DNA of 64,000 nucleotides from positions 64,001 to 128,000 of the forward strand of contig CAWAGQ010000009.1 of NCBI GenBank assembly GCA_963781585.1. Reading direction: 5' to 3'. Positions 29,224 through 39,523 of the stretch are shown here, in pieces. A program made the position numbers and the translations under genes. The stretch comes from an uncultured Gemmatimonadaceae bacterium (GTDB taxonomy: Bacteria; Gemmatimonadota; Gemmatimonadetes; Gemmatimonadales; Gemmatimonadaceae). The first letter of the stretch is position 1; each line of letters opens with the position of its first letter. The notes below the pieces were generated by a model. The model made no database searches. It was not told the DNA's origin and worked only from the letters and a program-made list of their open reading frames with translations.

Positions 29224-31674
29224 ATGGACACGCTCCTGAAGGACCTGCGCTACGGGCTGCGCCGGGTGCGCAAGAGCCCTGGTTTCTCCACCATCGTCGT
29301 GCTCACGCTGGCGCTCGGCATCGGCGCCAACACGGCGATCTTCACCGTGGTCAACACGGTGCTGCTCCGTCCGTTTCCCTACCGGAACCCGGAGAGGCTC
29401 GTCACCATCGATCACTTCTATCCGTCGCTGAACAATCTCGAGGCGGGGGCATCGGCCCCCGGATTCCGCGACCTGCGCGACAAGGGAGAGATTTTCGACG
29501 GCGTGTTCGTGGAGTCGGGATGGGGGCCGGCGCTGACCGGGATGGGGGAGGCGCGCCGCCTGACCGGTGTCCGCGTCTCGGCGCAGTACTTCAGCACGCT
29601 GGGGGTGAGTCCGGCGCGGGGTCGAGCGCTTCTCCCCGAAGAGGACCAGCCCGGTCACAACAAGTTCGTGGTGATCTCGAACGGGCTCTGGCAGCGCGAG
29701 TTCGGCGGGGATGCGAGCACCGTAGGCCGCTCGATACTCCTCGACAACGAACAGTACCAGATCGTGGGCGTGATGCCGCCGGGGTTTCAGGATTTCTTCC
29801 GTCCCAACAGCGAGATCTGGTCGCCCATCGCACTGCCACCGGCGGCGTTCTCGGACGACCGCCGCACCAACGAGAACATGTCGCTGATCGCGCGGCTCAA
29901 ACCGGGCGTGAGTATCGAGCAGGCACACGCGCGCATGACGGCGTTCGCCGACCAGCTCAAGCAGCAATACCCGAACAATTACGGGCGCACCTGGACCCTC
30001 AAGGTGGCCACGCTCACCGAGAAGAAGAGTGGGCGCATCAAGCCGGCGCTGCTGGTGCTGCTCGGAGCGGTTGGCTTTGTGCTCCTCATTGCCTGCGCCA
30101 ACGTCGCCAATCTGCTGCTGGCGCGGGCGGCCGCGCGTCTCAAGGAGGTCGCGATCCGGTCGGCGTTAGGCGCGAGCCGCCGCGTCCTGGTACGCCAGTT
30201 GCTGGTGGAGAGCCTGCTGCTGGCCCTGATCGGCGGAACGTTGGGCGTGGGGCTGGCGTGGGCCGGAGTGAAGGGTGTGGTGGCGCTTCAGCCGGCCAAC
30301 GTGCCGCGCGTCGACCAGCTCGGCCTGGACGGCACGGTGCTCGGCTTCGCGCTCCTGGTCACGCTGGTGACAGGCCTGCTCTTCGGGATGGTCCCGGCGT
30401 TGCAGACGTCGCGCGGGAACCTGCAGGAGACGCTCAAGGAAGGCGGACGGACGTCGTCGGCCGACCGGAGCGGCCATCGGCTGCGGCAGGCACTGGTGGT
30501 GGCCGAGATGGCGCTGGCGCTGACGCTGCTGGCGGGAGCTGGACTGCTGGTGAAGAGCTTTGCACGCCTGGCCGGCGTGAATCCCGGATTCGATCCCGAT
30601 CGCCTGCTGACCTTCAACGTGGGGCTGGCCGCGGCGAAGTACCCGAGCGACACAGCGCAGCGGGGATTCTGGAATGCCGCTCTGCCGCGGATCGCCGCGG
30701 TGCCCGGGGTGCAGGGCGTCGCGGTCACGTCGACGCTCCCGTTCAGCGGGAACTGGTCCACCGGTAGCTTCTCGGTGGAAGGGTATCAGCCGGCCAAGGG
30801 CCAGCCGGGTCCGTGGGGCGACTTGCGCGTCGTCAATGCCGATTTCTTCAAGGCGATGCGAGTTCCCCTGCTCAAGGGCCGCGCGTTCGACCCCGGCGAC
30901 GACGAGCGTGCACCGGTGCGGGCGATCGTCGACGAGGAAGCGGTCCGGCGGTTCTGGCCCGACGTCGATCCGATCGGCAAGCGGATCACCTTCGGCAACG
31001 CCGAGGATACCAGCGCCCATTGGATCACGGTGGTGGGGGTGGTGGGTCATACCAAGCACGAGGGACTCGACGCCGAGAACCGGTTGCAGGTCTACTTCCC
31101 GATGGCGCAGGCCGCGTCGCTCGGGGCCGGCACGCGCTTCATGTCGTTGGCCGTGCGCACCACCGGCGATCCGCTGCGCGCGCTTCCTGCCGTGTCGGCC
31201 GCGATTCACGAGATCGACCGGGATGTGCCGGTATCGAACACGTCGTCGATGGACGACCTGATCGCGAATTCGATGGGTCAGCGGCGGTTTGCGATGCTCC
31301 TGCTGGTGCTTTTTTCGGCGCTCGCGCTCACGCTGGCCTCGATCGGGATCTACGGCGTGATGTCGTTCTCGGTCACCCAGCGCGCGCACGAGCTCGGCGT
31401 TCGCATGACCCTGGGGGCCACCCGCCGCGACGTGCTCGCGCTCGTTATGCGGAACGGGATGATCCTGGCCCTGCTGGGGGTGGCGATCGGCATCGCCGGG
31501 GCGATCGCGATGCGGCGGGTGATCGCCAACCAGTTGTTCGCGGTGCGGCCGGACGATCCGGCCACGCTGGTGGTGGTGGCGGTCACGCTGATGGTGGTGG
31601 CCGCGGCCGCGATCTTCATCCCCGCGTTACGGGCAACGCGGGTGGATCCGGTGGTGGCGTTGCGGGAGGAATAG
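29224..31674 (+). CDS. Duplicated MacB/FtsX-type ABC permease (ADOP-like)
   Basis: DLRYGLR..TLALGIGANTAIF, LLIACANVANLLLAR, EVAIRSALGA, GIYGVMS..QRAHELGVR and RATRVDPVVALREE motifs. Confidence 0.92.
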   Translation: MDTLLKDLRYGLRRVRKSPGFSTIVVLTLALGIGANTAIFTVVNTVLLRPFPYRNPERLVTIDHFYPSLNNLEAGASAPGFRDLRDKGEIFDGVFVESGWGPALTGMGEARRLTGVRVSAQYFSTLGVSPARGRALLPEEDQPGHNKFVVISNGLWQREFGGDASTVGRSILLDNEQYQIVGVMPPGFQDFFRPNSEIWSPIALPPAAFSDDRRTNENMSLIARLKPGVSIEQAHARMTAFADQLKQQYPNNYGRTWTLKVATLTEKKSGRIKPALLVLLGAVGFVLLIACANVANLLLARAAARLKEVAIRSALGASRRVLVRQLLVESLLLALIGGTLGVGLAWAGVKGVVALQPANVPRVDQLGLDGTVLGFALLVTLVTGLLFGMVPALQTSRGNLQETLKEGGRTSSADRSGHRLRQALVVAEMALALTLLAGAGLLVKSFARLAGVNPGFDPDRLLTFNVGLAAAKYPSDTAQRGFWNAALPRIAAVPGVQGVAVTSTLPFSGNWSTGSFSVEGYQPAKGQPGPWGDLRVVNADFFKAMRVPLLKGRAFDPGDDERAPVRAIVDEEAVRRFWPDVDPIGKRITFGNAEDTSAHWITVVGVVGHTKHEGLDAENRLQVYFPMAQAASLGAGTRFMSLAVRTTGDPLRALPAVSAAIHEIDRDVPVSNTSSMDDLIANSMGQRRFAMLLLVLFSALALTLASIGIYGVMSFSVTQRAHELGVRMTLGATRRDVLALVMRNGMILALLGVAIGIAGAIAMRRVIANQLFAVRPDDPATLVVVAVTLMVVAAAAIFIPALRATRVDPVVALREE

Positions 31675-31703
31675 CGGGCGGGCGATCGCACGCCGGGGGC
31701 ACC

Positions 31704-31747
31704 TTGACGTAGTCTCATATGAGACACATATTGTATCCATATGAAAC
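31704..31747 (+). promoter_or_regulatory. Promoter/operator of the Xre-RES toxin-antitoxin operon
   Basis: TTGACG (31704-09), 17 bp, CATATT (31727-32). Perfect palindrome GTCTCATATGAGAC at 31712-25 and a second CATATG-core copy over the ATG. Confidence 0.7.
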
Positions 31748-32193
31748 GCTCCCCCGTATCGGTCAGACCGGACCAGGTGGCCCGCATCCTGGGAGGCGAA
31801 CGCGTCCTCGGCCGACGCATCCGCACCCTCGAACAACTGCGGCGCGCTGTGGAAGCGGGACTCCCGGTCGCCGCGTTGTCTCGCGTGGCTGAGCACGTCG
31901 CCAGCTACGACGTCGATGCTGCAACCGTCAAGTACCGCATCGTGCCCAAGGCGACGCTGCACCGCCGGGACACCCGGCTGACCCTCGAAGAGAGCGAACG
32001 ACTGGAGCGGCTGGCACGAATCACCGCGTTCGCGGAGTCGGCGTGGGAGGACGCCGCGCTGGCCCACGAGTTCCTCACCAACCCGCAGCCGCAGCTGGAG
32101 GGCATGCGGCCGATCGACCTGACGCGATCCGATCTGGGCGCCCGCCAGGTTGAACAGCTCCTGCTGAAGATCGAGTACGCCCTGCCGGTGTAG
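31741..32193 (+). CDS. Xre/MbcA/ParS-type antitoxin
   Basis: VEAGLP, IVPKATLHRR, LTLEESERLERLARI and C-terminal PQLEGMRPIDL..GARQVEQLL. Confidence 0.9.
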   Translation: MKRSPVSVRPDQVARILGGERVLGRRIRTLEQLRRAVEAGLPVAALSRVAEHVASYDVDAATVKYRIVPKATLHRRDTRLTLEESERLERLARITAFAESAWEDAALAHEFLTNPQPQLEGMRPIDLTRSDLGARQVEQLLLKIEYALPV

Positions 32194-32202
32194 CGCGCCA
32201 CG

Positions 32203-32652
32203 ATGCTCGCATGGCGGGCGTGCAAGACGAAGTACCATCCGTACGATGGCTCCGGCGCCGAGGCCGCGGGCGGGCGGTGGAACTCCGCGGGACGAGCGGT
32301 GATCTACGGCGCCGACTCGTTCGCCGGCGCACTCCTCGAGATCCTCGCGCACAGCATCCGTCCCCGCACGCTCCCCGGACCCCATCATGCGGTCCGTCTC
32401 GACATTCCCGACGACCTCATCGAGCGACTCGACGAGGGTCAGCTTCGGCGATGGAGTGAACGGGGTTCACCCGAAGCCCGTGAATACGGCGACGACTGGC
32501 TCTACGCGTCACGTTCGGCGGTGCTGGTCGTCCCGGCGCTCCCGTCCCGGCCCATCGGGCGCGGTGTGCTGGTGAATCCGCAGCATCCCAACGCGGCACG
32601 AATCACAGTCGGCGCGCCGTTTCGCGTGCCGTGGGATGAGCGGCTCTTCTGA
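32203..32652 (+). CDS. RES domain toxin
   Basis: WR, DGSGA..AGGRWNSAG..IY, LLE, LVNPQHP and WDERLF motifs; directly downstream of the antitoxin. Confidence 0.9.
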   Translation: MLAWRACKTKYHPYDGSGAEAAGGRWNSAGRAVIYGADSFAGALLEILAHSIRPRTLPGPHHAVRLDIPDDLIERLDEGQLRRWSERGSPEAREYGDDWLYASRSAVLVVPALPSRPIGRGVLVNPQHPNAARITVGAPFRVPWDERLF

Positions 32653-32815
32653 CACGAGACACCGACTGCGGAGTGCGGCCAGTGGTTGCCTGAAGCCGGG
32701 GCTGCATGCTGGAATCGGGCCCCCAACAAGGTTGAGCGTCAGGCATTCTCGAAGTGCGTGCCTGCCTCCCTTGCTGCGCTGTCACGACTGCTCTCGACTA
32801 CTGAATGTTGCAGGG

Positions 32816-35101
32816 TCAGAGCCGCACCTCCAGCGCCCGTCCCCGGAACTCTATCCGCGTGGCCGTCGCTGAACCTGCCATTCGCACATCGATCACCCGG
32901 GTGGCCGGCGGGAGAATTTGTGAGCCGGGCGCCAAGCCCAGCGTCAGCCGGCGCTCGGCGTCGTGCCAGTCCAACTGCATCTTCATCCAGCCGCCGCGGC
33001 GGTAGGCGAACGATTCCCCGTCGTCCTCGTAGAGAGCGGTCGTGCCGTCCGCACCCGGATACACGACGAGTGTGAGCGGGGCCTCCACCGTCTCGTCCGT
33101 GTACTGCTTCACCGGGCCGAGTGGCACGATCGCCCCCGCGCGGACGTAGAGCGGCATCGTCGCCAGATCCACCGCCCGTTCGATCTCCCGTCCGCCATCG
33201 ACCTGTTCCTCGGTCCAGTAGTCGAACCAGGTGCCGCGCGGCAGGTACAGACGACGGCTGTTCGCGCTCTTCTCCACCACCGGCGCCACGAGCAGGTCCC
33301 TCCCCCACAGGTACTGATCGCCGCGCGCCGCCGCCGCAGGGTCGTCCGGATAGTGCAGCCACAGCGCGCGCACGATCGGCATGCCTGACTCGTGCCCCTC
33401 GCGTACGACGGAGTAGGTGTACGGCAGCAACCGATAGCGCAACTCGAGGTACTTCCGGCAGATCGGCTCCACCTGCTCGTTATGCAGCTCGGCGGGATCG
33501 GGCTGGAAGCCCTGGGTCTCGGGGGGACCGCCGTCGCCCCCGTTCCAGCCCCACGGCAGATGCAGGTGCCAGTTGCGCCCGTGCGACCGGAACAGCGGAC
33601 AGAACGCCGCGAACTGGAACCAGCGCACGAACAGCTCCCCGGTGAATTCCGGAGTCCCGTAGAATCCGCCGATGTCGGTCCCCCAGTACGGCATCCCCGA
33701 GAGGCCGCAGTTGATGGTGACCGGGACGTGATTGCGCAACGTCTCCCAGAGCGAGAAGACGTCACCCGACCAGAGAAACGCCGCATAACGAGCCATCCCG
33801 GCGTAGCCATTGCGATGCAGAGCGAACGGCCGTTCATCGGGCCGCCACTTTCGCGAACCCTCCCAGTACATGCGGATCCGCGTCAGGCGCGAGGGGGCGT
33901 CGTAGCCGTCGCCCTGGTCCGGCCACCAGCCGTCGATCCCGACGTCGAACAGCGGTTTGTGGACGGTCCAGTAGCACCCGACGTGACGCTCTGGCGGCCA
34001 CCGGTTGTCGGGCGTCCGCCCACTCGGCTCCGGCGCGGGGCAGGGATCATTCACCGTCCCCGTCATTCGCGACCCTTCAGTGACCACGTGGAGCACCACG
34101 CGATAGTGCAGCGCGTGCAGCTCGTCGATCTGCCGCCTGGGATCGGGAAAGTTCGCGGCATTGAAGGTGAACTCGCCGTTGTGCGTGTTCCAGCCAGACG
34201 GCGTGAAGTCGGTGCCCAGATAGATCAGCGCGTCGCACGGGAGTCGCTTGGCGCGCATCGTCTCGGCGACGGAGCGGATCTCGTCCGGGCCGGCCAGGGT
34301 GCGATGCGATTGGAGATAGCCGAGCGACCAGAGGGGCGGCATCTCCGGATAGCCCGTGATGTCGGCGAAGGCACGCATGATGCCCGCGGGGTCCGAGACC
34401 ACGACGAAAATGTCGAGCGGGAGCGGCGCATCCGCCGGCGGCGTGAAGCGTCCGGCGGATGCGCCGGTAAGGTCGAAGGCGCCAAGCGGATGGTGGATGT
34501 AGATGGCCGTCCCGCCACGGATGAGCCATTGAATCGGGACCCGTCCGCCGTTGGTGCGCACCGCGTAGCCGCTCTCGCGGTCGGTGATCTGGCCGCTGCG
34601 CATCCGGTCGGTGCCGCCCGCGCGGTCGAACTGACGTCCGCCTTCGCCGAATCCCAGCAAGGGACCATCACCCGCGAGCGAAAAGGTCAGCCCGCCGGTG
34701 TCGCGATCGATCGAGAGCGACTGTTGCGCTCCGGCAGCCGACCCGGGAGCTGCGAGCGGGCCGTAGATATGGATGGAGAGCGGATCCTCGTCGAGGTGCA
34801 CGCGCAGATCGCCCGCGCGGATACCGGACGCCCGGGTCGCTGCCTGCACGCGCTGCGGGCGTCCCCAAACCGCCTGCACGAGCGCGCCGTCGTTCAGGCC
34901 GGCCTCCGTGGTAGCTGCGCGCGCTCGAATCGTCAGGCGCGTGGTCGTCGGATTCACCGACGAGACGACCAGCTCGACCGGTTGTCCGGCGACGATCAGG
35001 TCATCGCGTCGACCACGGATGATCGTGTCGCCGAGCGCGACGCTCGCACCGGCTGCGCCGAGGCGCTTGAGGGCCTCACGACGAGAGAGCGGCGATGCCA
35101 T
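32816..35101 (-). CDS. Glycoside hydrolase family 31 (alpha-xylosidase/glucosidase-like), Tat-exported
   Basis: SRREALK Tat motif; PPLWSLGY, GWWPD, WSGD, WGTDIGGF, RWFQFAAF.PLFRSH, LRYRLLPYTY and YEDDG motifs. Confidence 0.92.
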   Translation of the reverse strand: MASPLSRREALKRLGAAGASVALGDTIIRGRRDDLIVAGQPVELVVSSVNPTTTRLTIRARAATTEAGLNDGALVQAVWGRPQRVQAATRASGIRAGDLRVHLDEDPLSIHIYGPLAAPGSAAGAQQSLSIDRDTGGLTFSLAGDGPLLGFGEGGRQFDRAGGTDRMRSGQITDRESGYAVRTNGGRVPIQWLIRGGTAIYIHHPLGAFDLTGASAGRFTPPADAPLPLDIFVVVSDPAGIMRAFADITGYPEMPPLWSLGYLQSHRTLAGPDEIRSVAETMRAKRLPCDALIYLGTDFTPSGWNTHNGEFTFNAANFPDPRRQIDELHALHYRVVLHVVTEGSRMTGTVNDPCPAPEPSGRTPDNRWPPERHVGCYWTVHKPLFDVGIDGWWPDQGDGYDAPSRLTRIRMYWEGSRKWRPDERPFALHRNGYAGMARYAAFLWSGDVFSLWETLRNHVPVTINCGLSGMPYWGTDIGGFYGTPEFTGELFVRWFQFAAFCPLFRSHGRNWHLHLPWGWNGGDGGPPETQGFQPDPAELHNEQVEPICRKYLELRYRLLPYTYSVVREGHESGMPIVRALWLHYPDDPAAAARGDQYLWGRDLLVAPVVEKSANSRRLYLPRGTWFDYWTEEQVDGGREIERAVDLATMPLYVRAGAIVPLGPVKQYTDETVEAPLTLVVYPGADGTTALYEDDGESFAYRRGGWMKMQLDWHDAERRLTLGLAPGSQILPPATRVIDVRMAGSATATRIEFRGRALEVRL

Positions 35102-35209
35102 GCCTGAACGATCGCGCCCAGGCGAGCGCCCCGGAAGGTTGCGGCCATCGACGAAACGGTTCGGCGGCGTACGTTGTCGAACCCACAGCGCTCACCCGGA
35201 GCCCTCGCG

Positions 35210-37768
35210 ATGCCGCTGTCCGTTCCATCCCGCTTCGCCGCCTGGCGCGACCTCATCGTCCAGGACACCCGCTACGCACTGCGCGGGTTTCGCCTGCGCC
35301 CGGGGTTCACCGCGATGGTCGTGCTCACGCTGTCGCTCGGGATCGGCGCCAACGCGACGATGTTCGGCATTCTCGACCGGCTCCTCCTGCGCGCTCCCGC
35401 GTACATCGTTAATCCCGACCGCGTGGTCCAGATCCATTCCCACTGGATGGGCAGCACGGGGATGGAGAGCTCGCAGCCGTACGTGGTCTACAAGGACATG
35501 CGCGCTGGCGTCTCTGATTTCCAGGATGTCGCCGTCTCCACACCGACGACGCTCATCGACCGTGCGTACTATCCGCTGGGACGCGGCACGAACGCGGGTC
35601 GCGTCGCCGGCGCGCAGGTCACCCCGAGCTACTTTCCGCTGCTGGGGGTGCGCCCGTGGCGCGGTCGATTCTTCCAGGAAGACGAAGCGGGCGAGCAGAA
35701 CCCGCAGAAGCTCGTCGTCCTTGGTTACGGATTCTGGCAACGGCAGTTCGGCGGACGTGACGACGCCATCGGCCGGAGCATCGAGCTCGGCGCCGACCAG
35801 TACACGATCGTTGGCGTCGCCCCGAAGGGGTTTACCGGGACGCAGCTGAGCGACGTGGACGTGTGGATTCCGATCGCGGCTGCCGATGGCCTGCGGTTCG
35901 CCAAAGGACAGGACTGGAACACCACACGCAACTCGCAGTGGCTGTACATCTTCGCGCGCCTCAAGCCCGGCGTGACGCTCGAGCACGCCCGTGCGGAGGC
36001 CACCGCCGCGTTCCGTCACGGCGAGGAGATCCGGGTCGCGGAATTGAAGGGCCGGAGCACCTGGAGTCCCGATTCCGAAGAGGTCTTCCTCGGCTCGATC
36101 ATTCCCGGGCGGGGCCTCAACGGGTTCGGAATTTCGGGCACGTCGAGCGAGTTGCGGGTCTCGAAACTGCTGGGGGGCGTGGCGATCCTGGTGCTCCTGA
36201 TCGCCTGCGCCAATGTCGCCAATCTGCTGCTGGTGCGCGGGCTCACCCGGCGCCGCGAGATCGCGGTCCGCCTCGCGCTCGGCATCACCCAGCGCCGGCT
36301 GATCGGCCAGCTGGTCCTCGAGGGGATCCTGCTGTCGATCTTCGGCGCGTCAGGCGCGCTGGCCTGCGCCCAGGCGAGCGCGGGATTCATCCGGGTGCTG
36401 CTGCTTGGCGACGCGTCGTGGTCGGGGAGCGCGATCGACGGGCGGGTACTGGCGTTCACCGCGGCGGTCGCGCTGGTCACCGGGCTGCTCACGTCGCTGC
36501 TCCCGGCGTGGCAGTCGAGCCGCCCCGCGCTCACCTCCGCGCTCAAGGCGGGGGTGCGTGAGGGAGGCATGTCGCGGTCGCGGACGCGCACCGGATTGCT
36601 GGTGGGACAGGCGGCGCTGGCGATCGTGCTCCTCGCCGGCGCGGGACTGTTCGTGCGCAGTCTGCGGAAGGTCGCCGATCTGCCGCTGGGGATCGACATC
36701 GACCGGGTTCTGGTTGCCCACATCGAGCACGCCAGCGTGGGAATGAGCAACGCTGAGGCGCGCGAGGTCTATCGACACTTCACCGAGCGTGCGCACCAGG
36801 TGCCCGGAGTCTCGGCGGCGGCTACGTCGATCGGTCTGTCGTTCGGGCTCGGGTGGAGTACACGCCTCTCGGTGCCCGGCCGCCCGAAGCCCGAGGTGAC
36901 GAACAACCCCAGCCAGTACGCGGTCACGCCCGAGTACTTCCAGGTGATGGGGATCCGCCTGCGCACCGGTCGGCTGTTCACCGAGGCCGACCGCGCCGGC
37001 GCTCAGCCGGTCGCGATCATCAACGAGACCACGGCGAAGACCTTCTGGGGCTCGGCGGATCCCGTTGGCAATTGCCTGAAGGTGGGAGCGGACACTATGC
37101 CCTGCACCACGGTGGTGGGGGTCGTGTCGGACGCCCGGCGCCAGCAACTGATCGAGAAACCGGTGTCGCAGCTCTACCGGCCGCTCGATCAGCTTCCGGC
37201 ATCGGTGACCAACTCCACCGTCTCGTTCTTCGGGTACACGATGATCGCGCGTACCACGCGCGACCCGGCGACGCTGCGCGAGCCGTTGCGCCGCGCGCTC
37301 CAGAGCACGGCCGCCGACATCCCGTATGTGGAGGTGGCCCCGTTACGCGATCACCTGGGGCGCCAGACCCGCACCTGGACGCTGGGGGCCACGATGTTCA
37401 GCGCGTTCGGCGGGCTGGCGCTGGTGCTGTCGATGATCGGACTGTACAGCGTGGTGGCGTTCACGCTCGCGCAGCGGCTGCATGAATTCGGCGTGCGGTT
37501 GGCGTTAGGCGCCACCGGCGCAGACCTGCTGCGCCTGACGCTGGTCCGCGGAGTGATGCCGGCAGTGGCCGGGATCCTGGTCGGCGTGGCGCTGGCGCTG
37601 CTGGGGAGCGGGCTGGTGGCGGGCTTGCTGTTCGAACTCTCGCCGCGGGACCCGGCCGTGTTCGCGGCAGTCAGCATCCTGCTGCTGGCGGCCGCGGTGG
37701 TGGCGAGCCTGGTGCCGGCGCTGCGGGCCCGGAAGGTGGATCCGATGATCGCGCTGCGCGCGGACTGA
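35210..37768 (+). CDS. Duplicated MacB/FtsX-type ABC permease (ADOP-like), second copy
   Basis: DTRYALR..TLSLGIGANATMF, LLIACANVANLLL, EIAVRLALG and RKVDPMIALRAD motifs. Confidence 0.92.
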   Translation: MPLSVPSRFAAWRDLIVQDTRYALRGFRLRPGFTAMVVLTLSLGIGANATMFGILDRLLLRAPAYIVNPDRVVQIHSHWMGSTGMESSQPYVVYKDMRAGVSDFQDVAVSTPTTLIDRAYYPLGRGTNAGRVAGAQVTPSYFPLLGVRPWRGRFFQEDEAGEQNPQKLVVLGYGFWQRQFGGRDDAIGRSIELGADQYTIVGVAPKGFTGTQLSDVDVWIPIAAADGLRFAKGQDWNTTRNSQWLYIFARLKPGVTLEHARAEATAAFRHGEEIRVAELKGRSTWSPDSEEVFLGSIIPGRGLNGFGISGTSSELRVSKLLGGVAILVLLIACANVANLLLVRGLTRRREIAVRLALGITQRRLIGQLVLEGILLSIFGASGALACAQASAGFIRVLLLGDASWSGSAIDGRVLAFTAAVALVTGLLTSLLPAWQSSRPALTSALKAGVREGGMSRSRTRTGLLVGQAALAIVLLAGAGLFVRSLRKVADLPLGIDIDRVLVAHIEHASVGMSNAEAREVYRHFTERAHQVPGVSAAATSIGLSFGLGWSTRLSVPGRPKPEVTNNPSQYAVTPEYFQVMGIRLRTGRLFTEADRAGAQPVAIINETTAKTFWGSADPVGNCLKVGADTMPCTTVVGVVSDARRQQLIEKPVSQLYRPLDQLPASVTNSTVSFFGYTMIARTTRDPATLREPLRRALQSTAADIPYVEVAPLRDHLGRQTRTWTLGATMFSAFGGLALVLSMIGLYSVVAFTLAQRLHEFGVRLALGATGADLLRLTLVRGVMPAVAGILVGVALALLGSGLVAGLLFELSPRDPAVFAAVSILLLAAAVVASLVPALRARKVDPMIALRAD

Positions 37769-37771
37769 TAC

Positions 37772-39523
37772 TCAGGGCCGTGTCGACGGAACCGTCACGC
37801 GCGAGGTGTCGTTGAACGCGCGCGGCGCTTTCGGGCACGTGGGCGCCCACCCCATCTCATCCAGGTTGCCGCCACGACCACCACCGCCACCACGCGCGCC
37901 CGCCGGATAGAGCTCGCCCTGCAGCTGGGCGCGCCCGCCGGCGGCGCCACGCCCGCCGCGTCCCCCGCCGCCCCCGCCTCGGCCGCCGCGCCCCGTCGTG
38001 AGATCGGCGCGATCGCGCTTGATGAAATCCGGATCGTCCGACGCGAGATAGGCGAGCATCGCCACGATCGTCGCGTTCCCCTTGAGATCATCGAACACGA
38101 TCTTGTCGAAGCTGTCGCGGTTGGTGTGGTGCGTATATGTGCCGTAGTCCCAGTTGAGCGAGCTGAGGCCGAAGCCCGGCACGCCGTAGCAGTCGAACGA
38201 CGCGTTGTCGGTACCGCCGGTGGCCGGTCCACCCACCCCCGAATACCGTATCTGGTCCTGGAAGACCTGCGGCAGCTTCGACAGCCAGCGCTCCATGTGC
38301 GCCCCCGCGTCAGGCAGCCCCACGCCCGAGGTGCTCTGGATCCGCCCCGTGCCGTTGTCCTGATTGAACAGCGCCTGAAGCTTCCGCAGGATCTCCGGGT
38401 GATCGTACGTCCACGCACGCGAGCCGATCAGTCCCTGCTCTTCTCCCGGCCAGTGCCCCACCATGATCGTGCGCTTGGGATTGGGATACGCGGTCTTGAG
38501 CAGCCGCATCGCCTCCATCATCGTGATGGTTCCGGTGCCGTTGTCGGTGGCGCCCTGCGAGCCGTCCCACGAATCGAAGTGCGCGGACAGCATGACGTAC
38601 TCGTCAGGCGTCGTTGTGCCCTTGATTGTTCCAATGGTGTTGAACACCGGCACGTCGCCGAGGGCCTGGGCGTCGGCGTTGACCCGCAGCTGCGGGCCCT
38701 GCCGCCGTTCGGTCAGCCGATAGAGCAGGCCGTAGTCCTCGCAGCTCATGGCGATGCCCAGCCCGCGCGTATTCCTGGTGTCGTAGACGGTGAACGTGCC
38801 CCAGGCTTCGCCCAGAGCGTTGGCGAAGTTCGAGATGATCACCCCCGCCGCGCCGGCGTTGTCGAGCTGCACGCCGAGGGCACCGGTGGGATTGCCGGCG
38901 GAGACGGGGAATCCGGTGGCTCGGATCCGCGCGTTCCAGTCGTTCACCAGCCGCACGACCGCGGTGTCCATCCGCGCCTTCGATTCCGGCGTCGCCATCG
39001 CCTGCCATTCCTCCTCGGGCCGGCAGGTGGGATACGCCGGCGAGATGAGGACGAACCTGCCCCTGGCGTTAGGGAGCCAGCGCGCGAACTCGGCGCTGTC
39101 CTTCACCGGCGGGAGGATGACGGTGGCGCCGGTGACGTCCCTGCCGCCGGTGCCCGGGCTGTCGCCGAGGATGGTGGCCTCGAGCGTGCGGACGCGCGGC
39201 GCGACCAGGTCGATGTGGCTGTAGCCGCGCCGCCAGCCGCGCCAGGTGCCGTACTGCTCGGTGTGGGCCTCGATGCCCCAGCTCCGGTACATCTTCATGA
39301 CCCAGTCGCTGGCCGCCTTCACGTTAGGCGTTCCGGACAGGCGCGGGCCGATCGAATCGAACAGCGTCTGCGACAGGTCCCAGGTGCGCGAGCTGTCCAT
39401 CCCCAGCGTCCAGATGCGGTTGAGTACCGGATCGCTGGTGGGCCGGGACTGGGCGCGGAGCGCGAGCGGCAGCGCCGCGAGGAAGGCCGCGGCGCCGGTG
39501 AGGGTCCGGATGCAACGGGTCAT
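37772..39523 (-). CDS. M28 family metallopeptidase (carboxypeptidase Q-like) with a Gly/Arg-rich C-terminal insert
   Basis: IGPRLSG, SAHFDSWD, GATDNGTG, GEEQGLIGS, NQDNG, GGTD and HHTNRDSFD motifs. Start MTRCIRT is ATGA-coupled to the VOC gene. Confidence 0.9.
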   Translation of the reverse strand: MTRCIRTLTGAAAFLAALPLALRAQSRPTSDPVLNRIWTLGMDSSRTWDLSQTLFDSIGPRLSGTPNVKAASDWVMKMYRSWGIEAHTEQYGTWRGWRRGYSHIDLVAPRVRTLEATILGDSPGTGGRDVTGATVILPPVKDSAEFARWLPNARGRFVLISPAYPTCRPEEEWQAMATPESKARMDTAVVRLVNDWNARIRATGFPVSAGNPTGALGVQLDNAGAAGVIISNFANALGEAWGTFTVYDTRNTRGLGIAMSCEDYGLLYRLTERRQGPQLRVNADAQALGDVPVFNTIGTIKGTTTPDEYVMLSAHFDSWDGSQGATDNGTGTITMMEAMRLLKTAYPNPKRTIMVGHWPGEEQGLIGSRAWTYDHPEILRKLQALFNQDNGTGRIQSTSGVGLPDAGAHMERWLSKLPQVFQDQIRYSGVGGPATGGTDNASFDCYGVPGFGLSSLNWDYGTYTHHTNRDSFDKIVFDDLKGNATIVAMLAYLASDDPDFIKRDRADLTTGRGGRGGGGGGRGGRGAAGGRAQLQGELYPAGARGGGGGRGGNLDEMGWAPTCPKAPRAFNDTSRVTVPSTRP

